DNA of 64,000 bases from Haplodiscus bocki. Its lineage: Eukaryota. The translations under genes were made by a program, and so were the position numbers. The notes below the pieces were generated by a model that was given only the letters and a program-made list of their open reading frames with translations, did not search any database and was not told where the DNA came from. Positions 38,340 to 52,627 of this stretch are shown piece after piece. Location: the NCBI GenBank assembly GCA_965655095.1, contig OZ296648.1:157480001-157544000 (forward strand). Direction: 5' to 3'. Each line of letters opens with the position of its first letter. Position 1 is the first letter of the stretch.

Positions 38340-39450
38340 GTAAACGGTAGCGAAAGGAGATGTCGTTGTTGTTGTAATCGGAGTCGGCAAGTCATGTAGT
38401 TTCCAATAACTATTGGCATCTTTTTAGCCCAATGCTTAACACAGTGTCAAACAACCACAGCCGTCAGAGCTACTTTCGGAGGACGTCAGATCTACTATGA
38501 TTGGGGGGGGGCTCCCCCGTCTACTGCTGTTTTAGTTAAACGCTGTTCTTTCGTTTGCAGGCCAGGGTGGCATCTTGACCTAGATTTTGAAGGATTTAAG
38601 GGCCAAGACAAATGGTCAATTTGGCTTGAATTCTCGTGATGAGCGAACAAAATTGGTGAACATCAGTTTAGACGGGAAGGTGCCTGACGTACTCCAGGCG
38701 TTTCTCATCGGTGCTGATTTTATAGTGCTCAAAAAACCAGACAGAGAACTGCGTTCGATCACAATTGGAAATACTTTTAGTCGATTGTCAGCGAAAATTG
38801 ATTTTTAACGTTTTTGAAACTCTTGACACGAAGTATGAGGAAACTGCCAAGTAGGTGTACGTACGTACTAAAAGAGGAGCCGCAAAAGAATCACGCGTTT
38901 TTATTAGTTTCGCTGAACACAGCCAGCCGAGAGAGAACATCAAATTGTTGATCGAAGACGCAGTCAAATCCGTCAGTGGACAAATGACAAATAGTGCCGG
39001 AAGGTACAGCTAAAATTCATCCTGAAAAAAAATAAATGTTAACACTCTGCGTATAGTCAATCGAGTTTCTAACGGCGAGTTGTACCTTATATCATGCGAA
39101 GTTACCGAACAAAGGGAGCCTGAAAGAAAACCTTGGCACCTCGGCGATGGCAATATAAGCTATAACAAGTTAGTGGTGAAAGAACTTCAATCTTTGACGG
39201 TGCGGTGAAAACATTTTTGACTCAACTGTCTAGACCACGAAATGCGAAATACTTTTCTTCGGTGACGACCAAAAAACACGGTAAAACAATGAAAGCCTCG
39301 TTCCGAAAGCTCTGCCCGGGAATCAAGACACTGACGGAAGACGCATTTTGACGAAATTCTTGGATCCTTCTTGGATCACAGTCTCAAACAGATTGGTTGA
39401 AGAAAAATAATATATTGCCATGAACTGGAACAAAATCTTTTAGTTCGAGA
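38340..39450 (+). mobile_element. Degenerate CRE-like (RLE-type) non-LTR retrotransposon RT
   Basis: LKDL..TKLVNISLDGKVPDVLQAFLIGADFIVLKKPDRELRSITIGNTFSRLSAK (38587-38808; cf. GAxLxALxKxDGGxRPIAVGxTxRRLxAK), then QVGV, HSAYSQSS, SCEVTEQREPE (GxQQGDP) and WHLGDGN (WYLDDG). Confidence 0.75.
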
Positions 39451-39499
39451 CAGACGAGCTTGAGATCAAACTTCCGAAGTTGACATTTAAATTTTTTAC

Positions 39500-41800
39500 T
39501 GATGACCTTTAAACAAACTTTCAAATTTACTCAGAATGCTTACTCAAACATTGAAGAGAGAATGAGCATAAAATAACTACCCACGTGAAGACATGAACAA
39601 CATGGTTTGTAGTATTAGGCAAAAAATTGATTGTGACCATCCGAAGTACATTTCCGCTGGCCAGATTTGAAAACTCCAGAAGTAGAATCAATTAAAACCT
39701 GAAATACAGATACATAAAGTGTTGACGGCTCGGAAACATTTCTAATGCAATAAACCAAGATTTACCCTTTTCGGGCTAAAAAGTCATCTTGAAATTCCTA
39801 TCAACCACCCAGTTCGATAATTCCATGAAATCCATATCATGATCCACAAAATTTTTAAAACTCAACTGTGACGCAGAAAACTTAAGTGTCGTGTTGGCGG
39901 ATTGTTGACTTTTGCTCTGTATACCAATCAACTTGAAAACTGAACTAGCAGTCGAGTTTCAATGGCATCATTCGCAGACTGCGCTTTCATCGAGTGCAAG
40001 TGCTGTTCCAATTTTGAAAGTTCAATCTGACAACGGCAACCATTTTAGAATTCATTTCTTAAGCAGACGGATGTTAAATATTATTTTAAAATTGAGTTTC
40101 AGCGGCGTTAGTAAGTGGAAACCAGTCTGATGTAGTAAATTTGAAAAGTTTCTAAGTTTTTCAATTCTTCAACACCTGCTGCCATATTATTTGGGGAGTA
40201 TGAAACTCCCATTTTTATCGTCTTGTCTTGTTGATGTTTTTTTTCCAATACTGAAACGTTTTAATCAAGCTTTTCAAGCAAGTTTCACCGGAAAAATGGA
40301 CTTTTTGTACTTTTCCTCTAACAAAAACCTGATTTACCAATTTCTTCGATTTTTAAGTCAACCTTTAATGAATGGTAGGCTCACAGTCGGCGTCACAGCC
40401 AAGTTTTTGTCCATTTTAGATCTTTTCACGGTTTTCATCAAAATGTGACCGACCTTTTCTCAACTGGATTCCATTTTTAGCAAACTATCTATTTGTTTCA
40501 ATCTTCTTATTTCAACTTCAATTCATTAATCAAAGCTGAACCTCAAGTCACGCTAAGTCCTTTTTGTGGTTTAGAATAAAAGTTTTCGCGAAATTCACTT
40601 TCTACTACCAGTTATTTTCAATAACGGCCCATCGTCATATTTTTTTTTGCAATCGACAGTCAAAAGTGTGGAAGCTGACTTGAACACTGACAATTCGGAG
40701 ATGTTTTTAGTCACTTCACAAACTAAGGATTTGAAGGCGCGTGCGGATCCAGAACCTCCAGTTGTTGCCTCAACGGACGTCAGCACAGCGGAAGTGGCAA
40801 TTGAAAATTTGATCAGTGCACAGCGCCTTGTTCACAATTTTTTTTCTGCTCAAGTAACACGCTCTGTTAGAATTTAGCGTCGAGTTTTCAAGAACAACCT
40901 GGTTCGTTTTGTGCAGAGTTGCCAGAATAACTTGGAAGTGCTTTTGAACAACTTGATGATGATTTGGAGGAAGTCGCACGAAAAGTGAAATCAGATAAGG
41001 AGGATGCACAGAGCAAAACAACGAAACGTAAGATCGAGGCTTGTTCAAAAGTAAGAAGTTTTAATGAAACACGGGATTCGCAAACATCTAATCCCAAAAT
41101 CCTATGTCGAGATACAAAACATCGGTCATTGGAATCGCTGAAGGCAAAGTGCAACCAGGTTGGGTTTGGTATATGCTGACACTAGCCAAGATCGCTCGGA
41201 GCGATTCCAAAGGAAAACGCGACATCACCAATTGTTATTAGAGCAGAAATCATAAAAAAATGCAGAAACTAGAAACGAACAAAACCGGTTTGTTTTTTTT
41301 CACGCTGGCATGGTTCATTGCTATGAGATCAAATTTGAATTTGCTGATTCTTAAGAAGAAACTGGTCATAGTTGGAAAGAATGTGGAAATTTTGCTATTA
41401 AGCACTCAATTTTTCCATAACAAAGGAATGACTTCTTTCAATATTAAACCTCTGTCGTCCCTCAATGTCACGTTTGCAAGTCGTGTGCTCCATATTTGTT
41501 TGCTCATCTACTTCTGATGTCACAAAATCAATACTCTTTTATCTTTCAACTTTTTACAAACTGCCATTCATAACGTTTTTTCAATTTGGTCCTGAAAGAA
41601 TTCAACCTTCTTCCCAATCACTTTCCTTGATTTTTGTAGCTTCTTTCGACTTTCTCGTTAAAACTACTTTTCGTTAATCTTTATTAGCATTCAACATTTT
41701 GGAAAATGTCTGTTTGATTTGGCTTTATCTGCGTCTTCATCCTCTTTCGCAACTTGTTTTCTTGTTTTTGTTTGAAGCTGACTCAACAAGTATTTTCAGA
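39500..41800 (-). mobile_element. Degenerate Ty3/Gypsy remnant (gag zinc knuckle, protease, RT)
   Basis: EKVGHI...AVTPTV near 40380-40460 (RT N-terminus) and QTGFHLLTP near 40100-40130 (cf. TGFYGLTDMP). A Cys/His-bearing gag-like stretch lies at ~41075-41190. Confidence 0.45.
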
Positions 41801-44800
41801 GCCGCCTCCTCAACTACCTTGTAAAAATGATGTTTGCTGTGAAAGGCAACTATTGCCAAACTAAGGATTCTCGTCAGATTTCACTCTGCTACGTACTACT
41901 TGATATCTGTGTACCTAAACTTCTCCTTCACAATGGATTTTCTGTCCAACTGGACCAACACGGCGCGTATTGGACAGTTTTCCCTGTCTTTTTGGATTTT
42001 AACAAGTTGTTAAGTTGTTTTCCCAGCCTGAAACACTCTGTCGGAAACCGAAAGTCTACGTCGCTTCCAAAGATTGATAGAATATAGAGTGACGCGAGAA
42101 GTTGTTTTTGGCATGAAAGTCCAAACCTTACGATTCTGGCCGGCCTCAATCATTATCTTTGCATTTCATATTTATTGCTTTCTGAAGCCTCCGAACATAG
42201 TAAGAGTCTCTCACTCCTTGAATGGAAATCTTAGAATCATGCTGCACAGATAACTTCCCGTGTTCACCTGGACTTCAATTGTACATTTTTCAGCAGTTTC
42301 GGAACTCTTGAATCAATCCTTTATTTGCTTTTTCGTTTGAGTACATTGAAAATTTCGGCTACGGCCGTAACGTTTGCAAAAAAAGTTTTTGACTAACTTT
42401 TTTTTCTATGGTCTACATTTACCTTGGTTACGTTTACATGTAATTAACTTTCATGAAAACGAAGTAGGCAGTCACAAAGTACCATGGCACGCTATCGAAA
42501 CAATAGTCCTGAACACTATCGCTACAACTAAATATTAACACCGCTTGGTTTGCCACCTTCGATGCAGTTATAGTACAAAACAGACTTATATCTATTGTCC
42601 ATTCCCATTTTTCTTTATTGGCCTGGTTTGCAGAGACATTAGTAGGTCAATGGACTTTATATCTCAATTCTGAAAATTTCCAGATAACAGGCCATTGCCA
42701 TTGAGATTGTATGTCCAATAGCTAGCTTTCCCATTGTCCAGTTCTTCATTTTGAGCACTGAAGGGCTCGATTTAAATCATAGTCTTCTCTAGAAGGGACC
42801 CTGTTCAAACATTCTGGAACCCAGTCAAAATCCGCACCGTCAACCGTTACCTTCAAAGTATACATTCAAAGTACGAAGAAAAGAAGAGTTTCTTTTTGCT
42901 TTGACTTTTGCAGGTCAAATTCAATGTACAACCTAAAAACAGGTGACATCCGGACGTGCGACCTAAAGAAATCCGATATTTATTTTATCGGATATTTTTT
43001 AAGGCTTGATATTTTTTTAATAGTTTATTTGAATTTCTGTTGATATTCAAGGCTTGTTTTGTCAAATTTTCGCTTCCCTAGTTTTTGGATAGAACACCGG
43101 ACAACTGGCATTGTGAAGTATTTCGACAGTTTGTGCACTTTTTGTTCACCTCAGATTCTTTCGCCATGGGAACAAGCATTAAAGTTTTGAAACTTGGAGC
43201 ACATTCAAGCTGATAATATATAGATTCGCTTTTTAAAGTTGTTCATTTTCACTCCCTATTCGAAGTAAATGGGCTTCAGTCACTGAATTCTTCACTAACC
43301 CCGTTGATTTGATGTAAGGAGGTATCCTGTTCAATGAAATCAACAATTTTTACAGATTTTTACAGACAGAGAAAATTCGAGTGAAATTTTCTCTGCGTCT
43401 CCCAACTCTCCAATTCTCAAGGAAACTTGATGTCCAAAAAACACCTTTCTCAAGTAATTTCTCCCTCCCACGCCAAAAAAATTTTCCAAAAAGTTCGAAA
43501 CTAACACTTCGTGATTAAAAGTTCACTAGATGTTCCACCAAAAGCTTCAAAACTTCTCGGAATTACAAAAGACCCTGTGATTATAGAAAAAGGAACCGCA
43601 ATGTTACTCTCGCTTCGTGTTCTTATCGGGCTTCTCGGACAAAACGCGGTGCAAACCAGAGTCTTGGTGGCTTTGCCACTGCTGCTTCCTCGAGAGCTTT
43701 TGCTATTGGCAGAAGCTGCGAGTGTGGTTTGATGCTTTTTGGGCCGTTGTCAAGAGCAGTCGAAGGCCTAAGCTGTGAGTGTACAAATGTAAGCTGACTT
43801 TCAGGTCTCCTCAGAGGAGTTGATCAATGTATATACAACCAACACTGTTTGTATGTTTTTCAGTTGAAAACGAACTTCCAGTTTTAGATAATTTCCAAAT
43901 CACCTTGACCTAAGACAAGAATGGCTATTGCCTAACAACAGGAAGCAACTTTCGGCAAAAGTTTCATATTTCTCGCAACTGTTACCAAATTATTTTGACG
44001 AATCAGCAACTCAATTTTGTTTTTGATAAGTTTTCTCCCCTACTAGCATTGATTGACGCTACTATGAAAATAAAATCAAACAGTTTTGTCTTTTTGGTTT
44101 TATCATTTTAACTTCTCTCTCTTTTTTGCCTCAATAGCAGTTGTTGATGTCACTTTTTCTTGTGGACTTGTTTTTAGCAAAGTTGGTTAGTGTCAGCTTA
44201 CGGCAAATCATAACTAGAGACCGCTCGTCGTCAGTTGTTCTAATGAGCGATGTTTTCTCCTACGACGGTTCACGTTTACATTAAATGCCTGTGAAAATTC
44301 TGTCAGTTTTGCACCTATCATTAAGAAAACAAGGATTTTGGTGTTTAGCTCAATCCATCCACTTCATCTGATTTTCTTCCTTTATTTTCTTACCATGTTA
44401 TCATCAATCTCTTCAAAACCAATTTCTCCCCCTTCTATTTTTCTCTTCACCTTGGCGTGTGTGTGGAATGCATTTACACTCAGGTATTTATTCTTTTAGC
44501 CTAGACCTCACATCGTTTTTGGAAAGGCCGCCAATGGAGTTGCGAGTCTTCTTGCTGCAAGTCCTTGATCAGGCAAGTCTCCCCGTTGTGAGCCGCGGCA
44601 GCCAAATTAGGAACGACTCTTTCAAAAAAGACCAGAAGAAGCTGATAAGCAGCCCGAGAGTCCGGCAAATCAATCAAATGGTACGTTTTCTACAACCATT
44701 TACACAAGACATGAAACTACTAAAACCCTCCTTGACCCGTGAGTTCAATCATTATGTACCTATCAAAGTATCATTCTTGTTGAATGTGATCGTTTCTTTT

Positions 44801-47800
44801 GTTTCGAGAAGGCCGCTTTTCCTTTTGATGTGACCCTACCGTCTACGTTCGTTGAAAACACCTTAAAGAAAGAGAGATATCAAGCCAAACCTTCAGTTGC
44901 CCGCAGAGTTGACCAAAGACTTTACGGTTTTTGCCAAAGGAAGGCCATAACACCATCAAGGCTTCAACAACCGCCCTGCCAAGGTCGTGTTTAGGATAAC
45001 GAAAACAACGCCAGATTTTTGTGTAAACTTAAAACAAACCTCCTCTGGACAGTTCGACACACTGTGGAATATGAAAATTAGTCACTTTGTCCCAGTAGCT
45101 TCATTGTCTTATTGGAACACGCCGAAAATTGTTCTTAAAAGTACCCAACAAAGCTCGCTCTGACTTTGCACTTTGTTCGGAGAAGGAAGCTTCATTAGCA
45201 AACTCCACGAAATGCTGCCATTTGATTTTTGACTTCATGTATGTCTCCTCCATATAAACTACAAAATTGTTCAAATATATGCAGCCGTTAAAGTCTTCGG
45301 ATAATTGATTCTTTTCAATGTAAAATGTGATTGCGGTAAATTTTCGGTTACTTAGAACACAACAGCTTGGGTTTGGCACAAACAATTATTTCACAATACA
45401 AACAGCCGACAATTTTTAAATATTGAAAACTTGTGCTGGTTTTCCTTTCTTTGGATTATTTTGACCAAAATTTCGAGTTCTTTTGGGTTTTACTCGGAAT
45501 TGATTTAAATCGTTCTTTCGCTTTGTATCATCCCAACTTGGGTGTTGCAGTCATTTCAGTTCAACATCTACTCTGGATACCTCAAACAGGAAAGTCGTTT
45601 TCGACAGGCCGGAAATGTTTAAAGGCAGGAAGTATTACGTAAAGGTACAAAGTGCTTTACCAGGACAGATGACTTCGGGGTTCAAATTCGAAGTCCTTTA
45701 CAATCAAACTTTTTAATAGAGGCCTTGAGACAACCTTACTGATTTTTTCGGCAAGTTTATTCATAGTTTCAAGAAATGAGCATAAATTAGCTGTCTGAGA
45801 AAAGATATGATTTGTTTGCAGGGTTTATTTCACTGAGCAACAAAACGAGATTTGGACCCAAACTCCGATGTACTTGTCCGCTGGCCAAAAATGTAACCGT
45901 CAGAGATAAAACCGAACAAGGCCCGGAGTAAACATACAAAATTTACTTTGAAGAGTCTTTTTCTTTATTGAATCAAAACTTCCTGGATCCCTGCAATCAC
46001 TGCCAGAGATAATGAAAACCAAAAGAAATAAAAATATACCACTGGCTTGTCATTAGGTACTGTTTACAGACGGTTCTTCTAGGAGTTCAAGTTCAACTCT
46101 TGGATAGAATTAGAAAAGTGTTATTGGGAGAAATCAATTACTTACATTTTATCTTGTGCATGTGTAGCGTAAGCTTTCAATATGTTTGGCATCTTTGATT
46201 TTTCTCACTTTGAGGCTGCTAATCAAACCTGGAAAGTTTTTTTGATCTCTGGAGCAGGTATCGTCTTCGGTTTTGTTTTTAGGGCAACCACTGTTTGTGC
46301 CAACTCCCCAGACTATGCGCATTTGAAGGGTGTAAAGATTCATGTCGATAATTCATGTTGTCTGGTGACAGGTGAAAAGAAGTGAAGGAAAAATGTATAA
46401 TGAAAACTTCTGCTGAGTCCATATTAGAACAACTACAAGACGCCCAGCACACTCGAGATATCTTCCGCTTCACTATTTGGGAAACGGTTATTAGAAACAT
46501 TGTAATTCAAAGCAAAAAGTTTCAACGAACTTCTCATAAGTTTGTTTTCAAACTGGAAAATGATATACTCCACCTTCCGTATTCTTAAAGAAAACCGTGA
46601 TTTCCTGCGAGAAAAAAGGAGGAAAACTGGTGTAAAAAGGGAATTCTACGGAAAGTTTGGAACAAACTGGTTTTTTGAAAGATCAGAACAGAAAATCATG
46701 TTTTTTCCCAAAACAAAAAAATTTTCGGGAGAGAAAAGATAATTTTATGTGGAAAGAATTGCTCTACATGAATTGATTTCCGAGCTTGAAGTGCGAATAA
46801 AGTGACAAAATCAAGCTTTTGTAGGTTACAGTTCTGAACAAAAATTGAATGAAGTCTCATCAAGAGTGAATAAGTTCTAACTAGAGTTGATGAGAAATGA
46901 AATTGACAAATTGTGTCGGAAAGAAAAAAGAAACAAATAAACACTAGCCACTAATTCAATTCCTTTTACAAATTTATCACTTTTTTGAAAGGTGAAAAAC
47001 GCTTTAGAGTAATTTAAGTCAAAAAATTTGGATGAAAATCCTCTTGTGCATCCGGGAGTCTTTTCTAAATAGCGCAGTTGAGTCATTTGGATTTTTTCGC
47101 TCGAAGTCAATCATTCAAGCGAGTCATTTTCTTCCCATTATACATAGGCATCAATCTGTGTCTCATACATTGAAGCAATAGCTTCGGTTGAGGAAAAAAA
47201 CTAGAATTTTGGGTCTGGGGTACTTTGACCTTTACACACATTACCACAAACGAACTTTTACACTATCTCAACTATATATTCTCCATAATTTATCTAAACA
47301 CTAAAGAAAACTGAGCAAAAAAGAACAAAAAAACTAGCTCAGAGGAGAGACTAATTCAAAAATTGAAAGCATTTTGTTTTCGGAACGATAAATAACCAGA
47401 GGTTTGTGATCCATTCATAAAAGTTTCCTATCGGCTCTTCAAAACTGCTCTCTGCAAAAGAAGCCAGAAAAGACAAGATTTGAAAAACCAAATTAAAAAA
47501 TGTTGAGTGGAGGGGAGAAATCTTATAATGCAATACGGAGAAAAACTATGGTTTTTCTGAGGAAAAGCACAGTTGGTGCTACCTACCAGCCAGCCAATGC
47601 GATCGCTTAGCGTCATCCACAACCCAATGTAGCTGTGCGTCATCCACACGCAAATCCATTTCCACATAGGCGAAAATAAGCTGCAGAAAAACAGGACGAG
47701 AATCGGCAGTATCATTGAATATTGACAAAATTGAATTTTTTCTTTTCGTGAGTTTTGTGTGTTCCAGAAAAAAAATTCCAGAAAAAAAAGAACTTCAATG

Positions 47801-50349
47801 CACTTCACTCAAGTTATCAAAACTTATCTTGATGCAAAAGCTTGGAACCATCTGTCTAATAGCAACATAGAATCAAAGCAAGCCTCACTTACACATAGAT
47901 GATAGAAGTTTATTTCAAGGAAAGTTATTTGATCTTCAGTTTGGAGTAAAACCACGACACATTTGTTTTTCAATTTTAAATTAGGTGCATGATGAGATGC
48001 GTCAGAACACTGACTTATTACACAAGTTCTATTAAGTGAACAGGCAGTTTTATGGTTCAATATATTAAATTGTTTTGAGCGTTTGTTTTTCAAACATTTT
48101 CGTTCAATTTCGAACAAGGTTTTCAACTTTTAAAACTCATTCTGGATCTTCCTCAAATCATTTTCAGTTTCAACAGTGTTTCCATTGTTTCCACTGCAAC
48201 TTTTGATTTTTTTATTTACATCCTCAAAAAGAAATTGAAACAATTCTGAGACTCTAGCAAAGTTTTTTTCTTTGAAGATTTGGCACTTTCTCTTCATCTA
48301 GATTTTCCTCATCTTCTGTTGGTCCTCCAGCAGTTGTCAGAATGAAACTGACATCAAACGTTTCAAAGAACTTCTGTCAAGCAGAAATTAGTTTTGCAAA
48401 TATTCTTTCAATTCGGACAACAAGTGTTTTGCGAGCAGTCAATTTCTTTTTCCAAATTCCACTTTTTAGATAAGTTTTTAGTAAATTCTGTTTTCTTTTG
48501 GTGTTAGCTTTTTCCCTATTTCATTTTTAGGGACTGGGAACTTTCAACATAATGCGTGCTAAAGGTTTGATCTCAGCTTTCACTGATTTTTTCTCTTGGC
48601 TCAGAGAATGAGACCTTTTCTAATTTAAACAATTACTTCAGAATAACTTGGCTTCCACTGCACTTCCTGCAGATCAACAACGGAAATTTCTGCAAATTGA
48701 ACTTCATGATGCAGCTCTACGTTTTTCCAGATTTCTGCTACCACCTACTCGTCCGAAATTAGAACTTTCAGTAACTGCTCTTCTTGATAAACTTTGCAAT
48801 CTAAATCTACCATAATGACATTTTTTGAATTTTGAAAAATTCAAAATTGACTGGAAATCAGACAATTCGGAGAAATTTTCGCTAGCCTTGTGGAAACATG
48901 CAATGAAGGCTTATTGCAGTGCTGATCGTCTACCGGTTGCTACTACCGATGGACGTACAGTGGATGTGACAATCGGATTTTCTCGAATCGGTTGAGGGAC
49001 GGTGTGTCGCATAGAAGTTTAACGTTCTGTTCAAAGGGTCATTTGATTCAAACTGGGCCCCAAGTTTTCGCAAACAGGTCGGGTTTGCAACGTGCAAAGT
49101 TGCTCGAGCAAACTAGAAGCACCACAGTTGAAAATCTATGTGTTTCAGCCCAAAAACAGCTATCCAGTACCATCCTCTGTAAAACTAATGTCTCAGTGTT
49201 GATTGCGTTACGTGAAATGGGTTCTTAAGCAACAGATAAAATTCCATCAGCTGCGAAAATGCTGAAAACAAATCAAGAAGTTTTGAATAAATGCTCAAAC
49301 TAGATGTCCGGGAGGTTTGAAGAAGGCAAAAGTACCTTAAGTATCAGGTTGAAAGTTTTTGGAAAAAAAACCAATAGAAACAATCTAAGCGGGGTTCTTT
49401 TCCACAAAAGCGTGGAAAAAACTCGAATTCTTCCGAAATAAAACAAAGAAAACTTCGCGGACACTTCGGGGGTAAAAGAAACCGGATTTAGACGACATCG
49501 ATTTTTTGTTCACAAACCCCTGTGGCAAAATCAAAATCAAAACAAACAATAACTGTACTTAATCTCAAAGACAAAGTTCTTTTTTCCAGCCACAACAATC
49601 AGTTTTACCGGCCGCAAAACCGACACTTTCAACAATAAAACAAAACTTACAAGCTCAGAGCTTGAAGTTCAACCGAGGCCTCCGTTCAAATATTTCAGGC
49701 AGGTTTTGAATATGTGGCTGACACGCTGCACTCAATAACTACGTATCATAAATGTAGTTATCGTCTTCATTTAGCAACCATTTCTGTTTTCAGAGGAAAC
49801 CCGCCAACACGCGGATCGTTAAATTCAATGAACCAAATATCAATAACTAGATAGGCACCAGAAAAAAAAAGATTTCCTAATCAAGTAAAGAAAGTCGCTT
49901 TAAAAAGTTCAATAAACCAGATTTTTGTCATGAGTTTTCTCATGTTGACCGGCTAGAATCGTAATTTGTTCCTCCTTTGGAGGTAGGAATCCTCTCTCAA
50001 GCCAGACATAGTTTTTATTTCCGAACCAAACGTCAAGCCCCCATATATCCAGCTTTCTGCGTGAATGTTATGATTGAATCATTTTTCTCACTCTCGCATT
50101 TACTCGTGGACTGTTACTCTTCAAAGGACTATGGGTCAATTTTGTATTTTGTTTGAGTCGTCTCCTGTCAGAGAAATCTCAAAAAAGAAAAATCAGGCTC
50201 AATTTGTGCTTCAAATTGCACCTCATCTTCTGCTAGTTTTTTATTGTTATCGACTACGAACAGTGCTTTTTTCGGAAACTTTTCATCGAGAATTTCATTC
50301 TGATCATTGGTCCCAGACAAAACTTGTTGCATTTGCCAGATTATCGAGT

Positions 50350-51200
50350 TAAATTGACCCAAAGGTACACTTAATGGGGCAAAAAAATATAGAGCACGGA
50401 AAAAGTGCGGAAACTCCATTGGTTTTGACGGAAAACTTGTAGATTCCTTCCGCCTCAATTGCAATTATTGTAAGGACTCTTAGACCAAAAACTGTGAAGT
50501 ATTTAATGCTTTCTGAACAGTACAAATCTTGTAAAAACTTCCAATTGTAGCATCTCTCTGACCTTGTGTCATAGTAAAAAAGCAAATGATTGTGAAGTTT
50601 TTGTACCACCCATAGTTTACACCAAATTTCAAGCCGCTTTGAATTTGTGAAAGAAAAAACCCAAATCAGACTTTTGAATGCAACGCAAGCCAATAACTCC
50701 ACTAAAATTGACCCAGATTTGATTACAGTATCAAAAATGCTCAAATCGTATGATTCTGAACACGAATTAAAAAAAAGTTAGTTCGAGACTTCAGTTTTAA
50801 AAAATTGACACCCAAATAGGTCGACGACCTCCAGGTTTTTCGAAACTCTGGTTTGCAACTCCAGAGACATGAAATGATTTCATAATTCTCACCTCTCGAA
50901 AGAGACAGTTTTGATCAAAAATTGCACTTTCAACGCCTACAAAAAAAGTGGTGTGAAAACAATGAGTCATAAACAAAATTGATTTTTTGGAAAAATTATC
51001 GTGGGACCCTTTTCTCCGGAATGCTGAACCATAAACACAACCTGAAGAAAAATTCCGAAAACCATGATGTGTTTTCTAAACATCGCTTTGTTGTGGATTG
51101 TAACTCAAAACTCAGGAGCACCCCAACGGATGAACACCCAGTTTGAATGTATTTTCAATGTTCACCGGCTCTAATTCATCTACGTCATGAAAAATCGATT
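50350..51200 (-). mobile_element. Degenerate Gypsy integrase fragment
   Basis: NWVFIRWGAPE...MFRKHIMVFGI (~51050-51150) resembles the integrase core WIxRFGxPxxIxSD...F...LGI. Confidence 0.4.
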
Positions 51201-51299
51201 GGGCTTGCGTTATTGCAACACTTTATTATTCTTTCAACCTTGTCACTTTCTAAGTAGAGTAGCTTAACAATTGTTCACCTTAAATCATCTGGCAGTCTG

Positions 51300-52620
51300 A
51301 AATTGCTAAATGACGTACGCCGCGCGAATCATATCGTACGCCGTGAAAACTCAGATAACATTTTGCTAAATTGAATAGGATGGACGCCACAAAAACCATC
51401 GCCGGGAAGAACTGAAATCTTTGTAAACTTTTTAACAACCAAAGTTTTGTTTTCAAGTACCGGATGACGTTTCAGTTCAAATTTGGCATGTACCTTCGCT
51501 TCTCGAACAAGGCTCAGGTCTTGCTTTGAAAAAACTGACACTTTTTTGGTCCATTTGTGGAACATTACCTTAACTCATACATAGTCGAGAAGTTTTCGCG
51601 GGCAATGCACGGTTGACATTGCTGCTGATGTTTAAATGTATGAAAGAATGATTAATGTTCTTTGAAAAACTTTTGAATGTGGGGAACAACCGGGTTGGAA
51701 ATTCGTTTCACATAAATGCCGATTTGGAAAAACATCAGCGGACCACTTTTGGAAATACAATGACTCCTACAAGTTTTCAACCTGAAAGTCAATAAATGAA
51801 AAAAAAATACAAGTCGGATTACTGTGAAACAATGGAAATGCTTAATTGGCTTCGTCGTCCAGTTTCTTCTTTGTTTAATACCTAATGTTAGTGAAAGATT
51901 GCCGCCACTCGTTTGTTTCGTTAAAGAGTAATGAATCACGCAAAAAAAAAATCAGGTTTAACCCTTGCCGCGAACCTCAATTCATATTTACCAAAACCTG
52001 GCCAACGTTGTGTAATCTTCTCTAATTATAGTTATCATGGCATTGGATATGTTTTAATGGTTGAACATTATCATATTCACAAAAATTATAATAAAAAACC
52101 TACAAGACAATTGTTTTTAGTTCAAAATTCTTGAGTTTTACCCCAAAAAAACCTTTGAAGAAAACTAAAAACTTTTGGCCTTGTTTTTCGCCTTAGATTA
52201 ATATCCTCAGTTCTGTTGAGGTGAAACGTAACTTCTCCAAGTTTTATTCAATAACCAAAATTAACTCAATTATACCAGTTAAAAATGTTCATCCACCTTC
52301 ACGGAACTGTTGAGACCAGAGTTCTAATGCTCAACAGTTTAATTGCTCACATTACTGGCTGCAGGAATGCAGCTCTCTCACCAATTCCGTCCTCTACTAT
52401 TTTGAGTCCATAGATGACACCTGCTGAACATGTACTTATAAGTAGAATTGAAATTGGAACGGAAGCAAAAGCACCTGATGTACGTTTGCATATCTGGCTG
52501 AACTAGACCAAGTTTGCGACAAAATAGCTTATGTTAGTGATGAACAGTTCCTCAACGAGTTAATAAATCGTTTTCTATATGACCAACTCCTAGCGGAGAC
52601 GCGTACTGTTAGTAGAATTT
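51300..52620 (+). mobile_element. Degenerate Ty3/Gypsy pol remnant (RT-RNase H)
   Basis: GPFVEHYL..VDIAA..SHKCRFGK (~51545-51735), TVKQWKCLIGFV..IPN (~51820-51890), LPKPGQRCVIFSNYSYHGIGYVLMVEHY (51931-52134; DASxxGxGxVL), KLLALFFALD, HPPSRNC and IAHITGCRNAA (~52340-52375). Confidence 0.75.
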
Positions 52621-52627
52621 ACCTTTT

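Noticed and set aside
43500-46400. Additional Gypsy gag/RT fragments on the minus strand (e.g. TATPKLG*YK near 45520-45555)
   Set aside because: Probably TE-derived, but the motifs are too eroded to assign family or boundaries.
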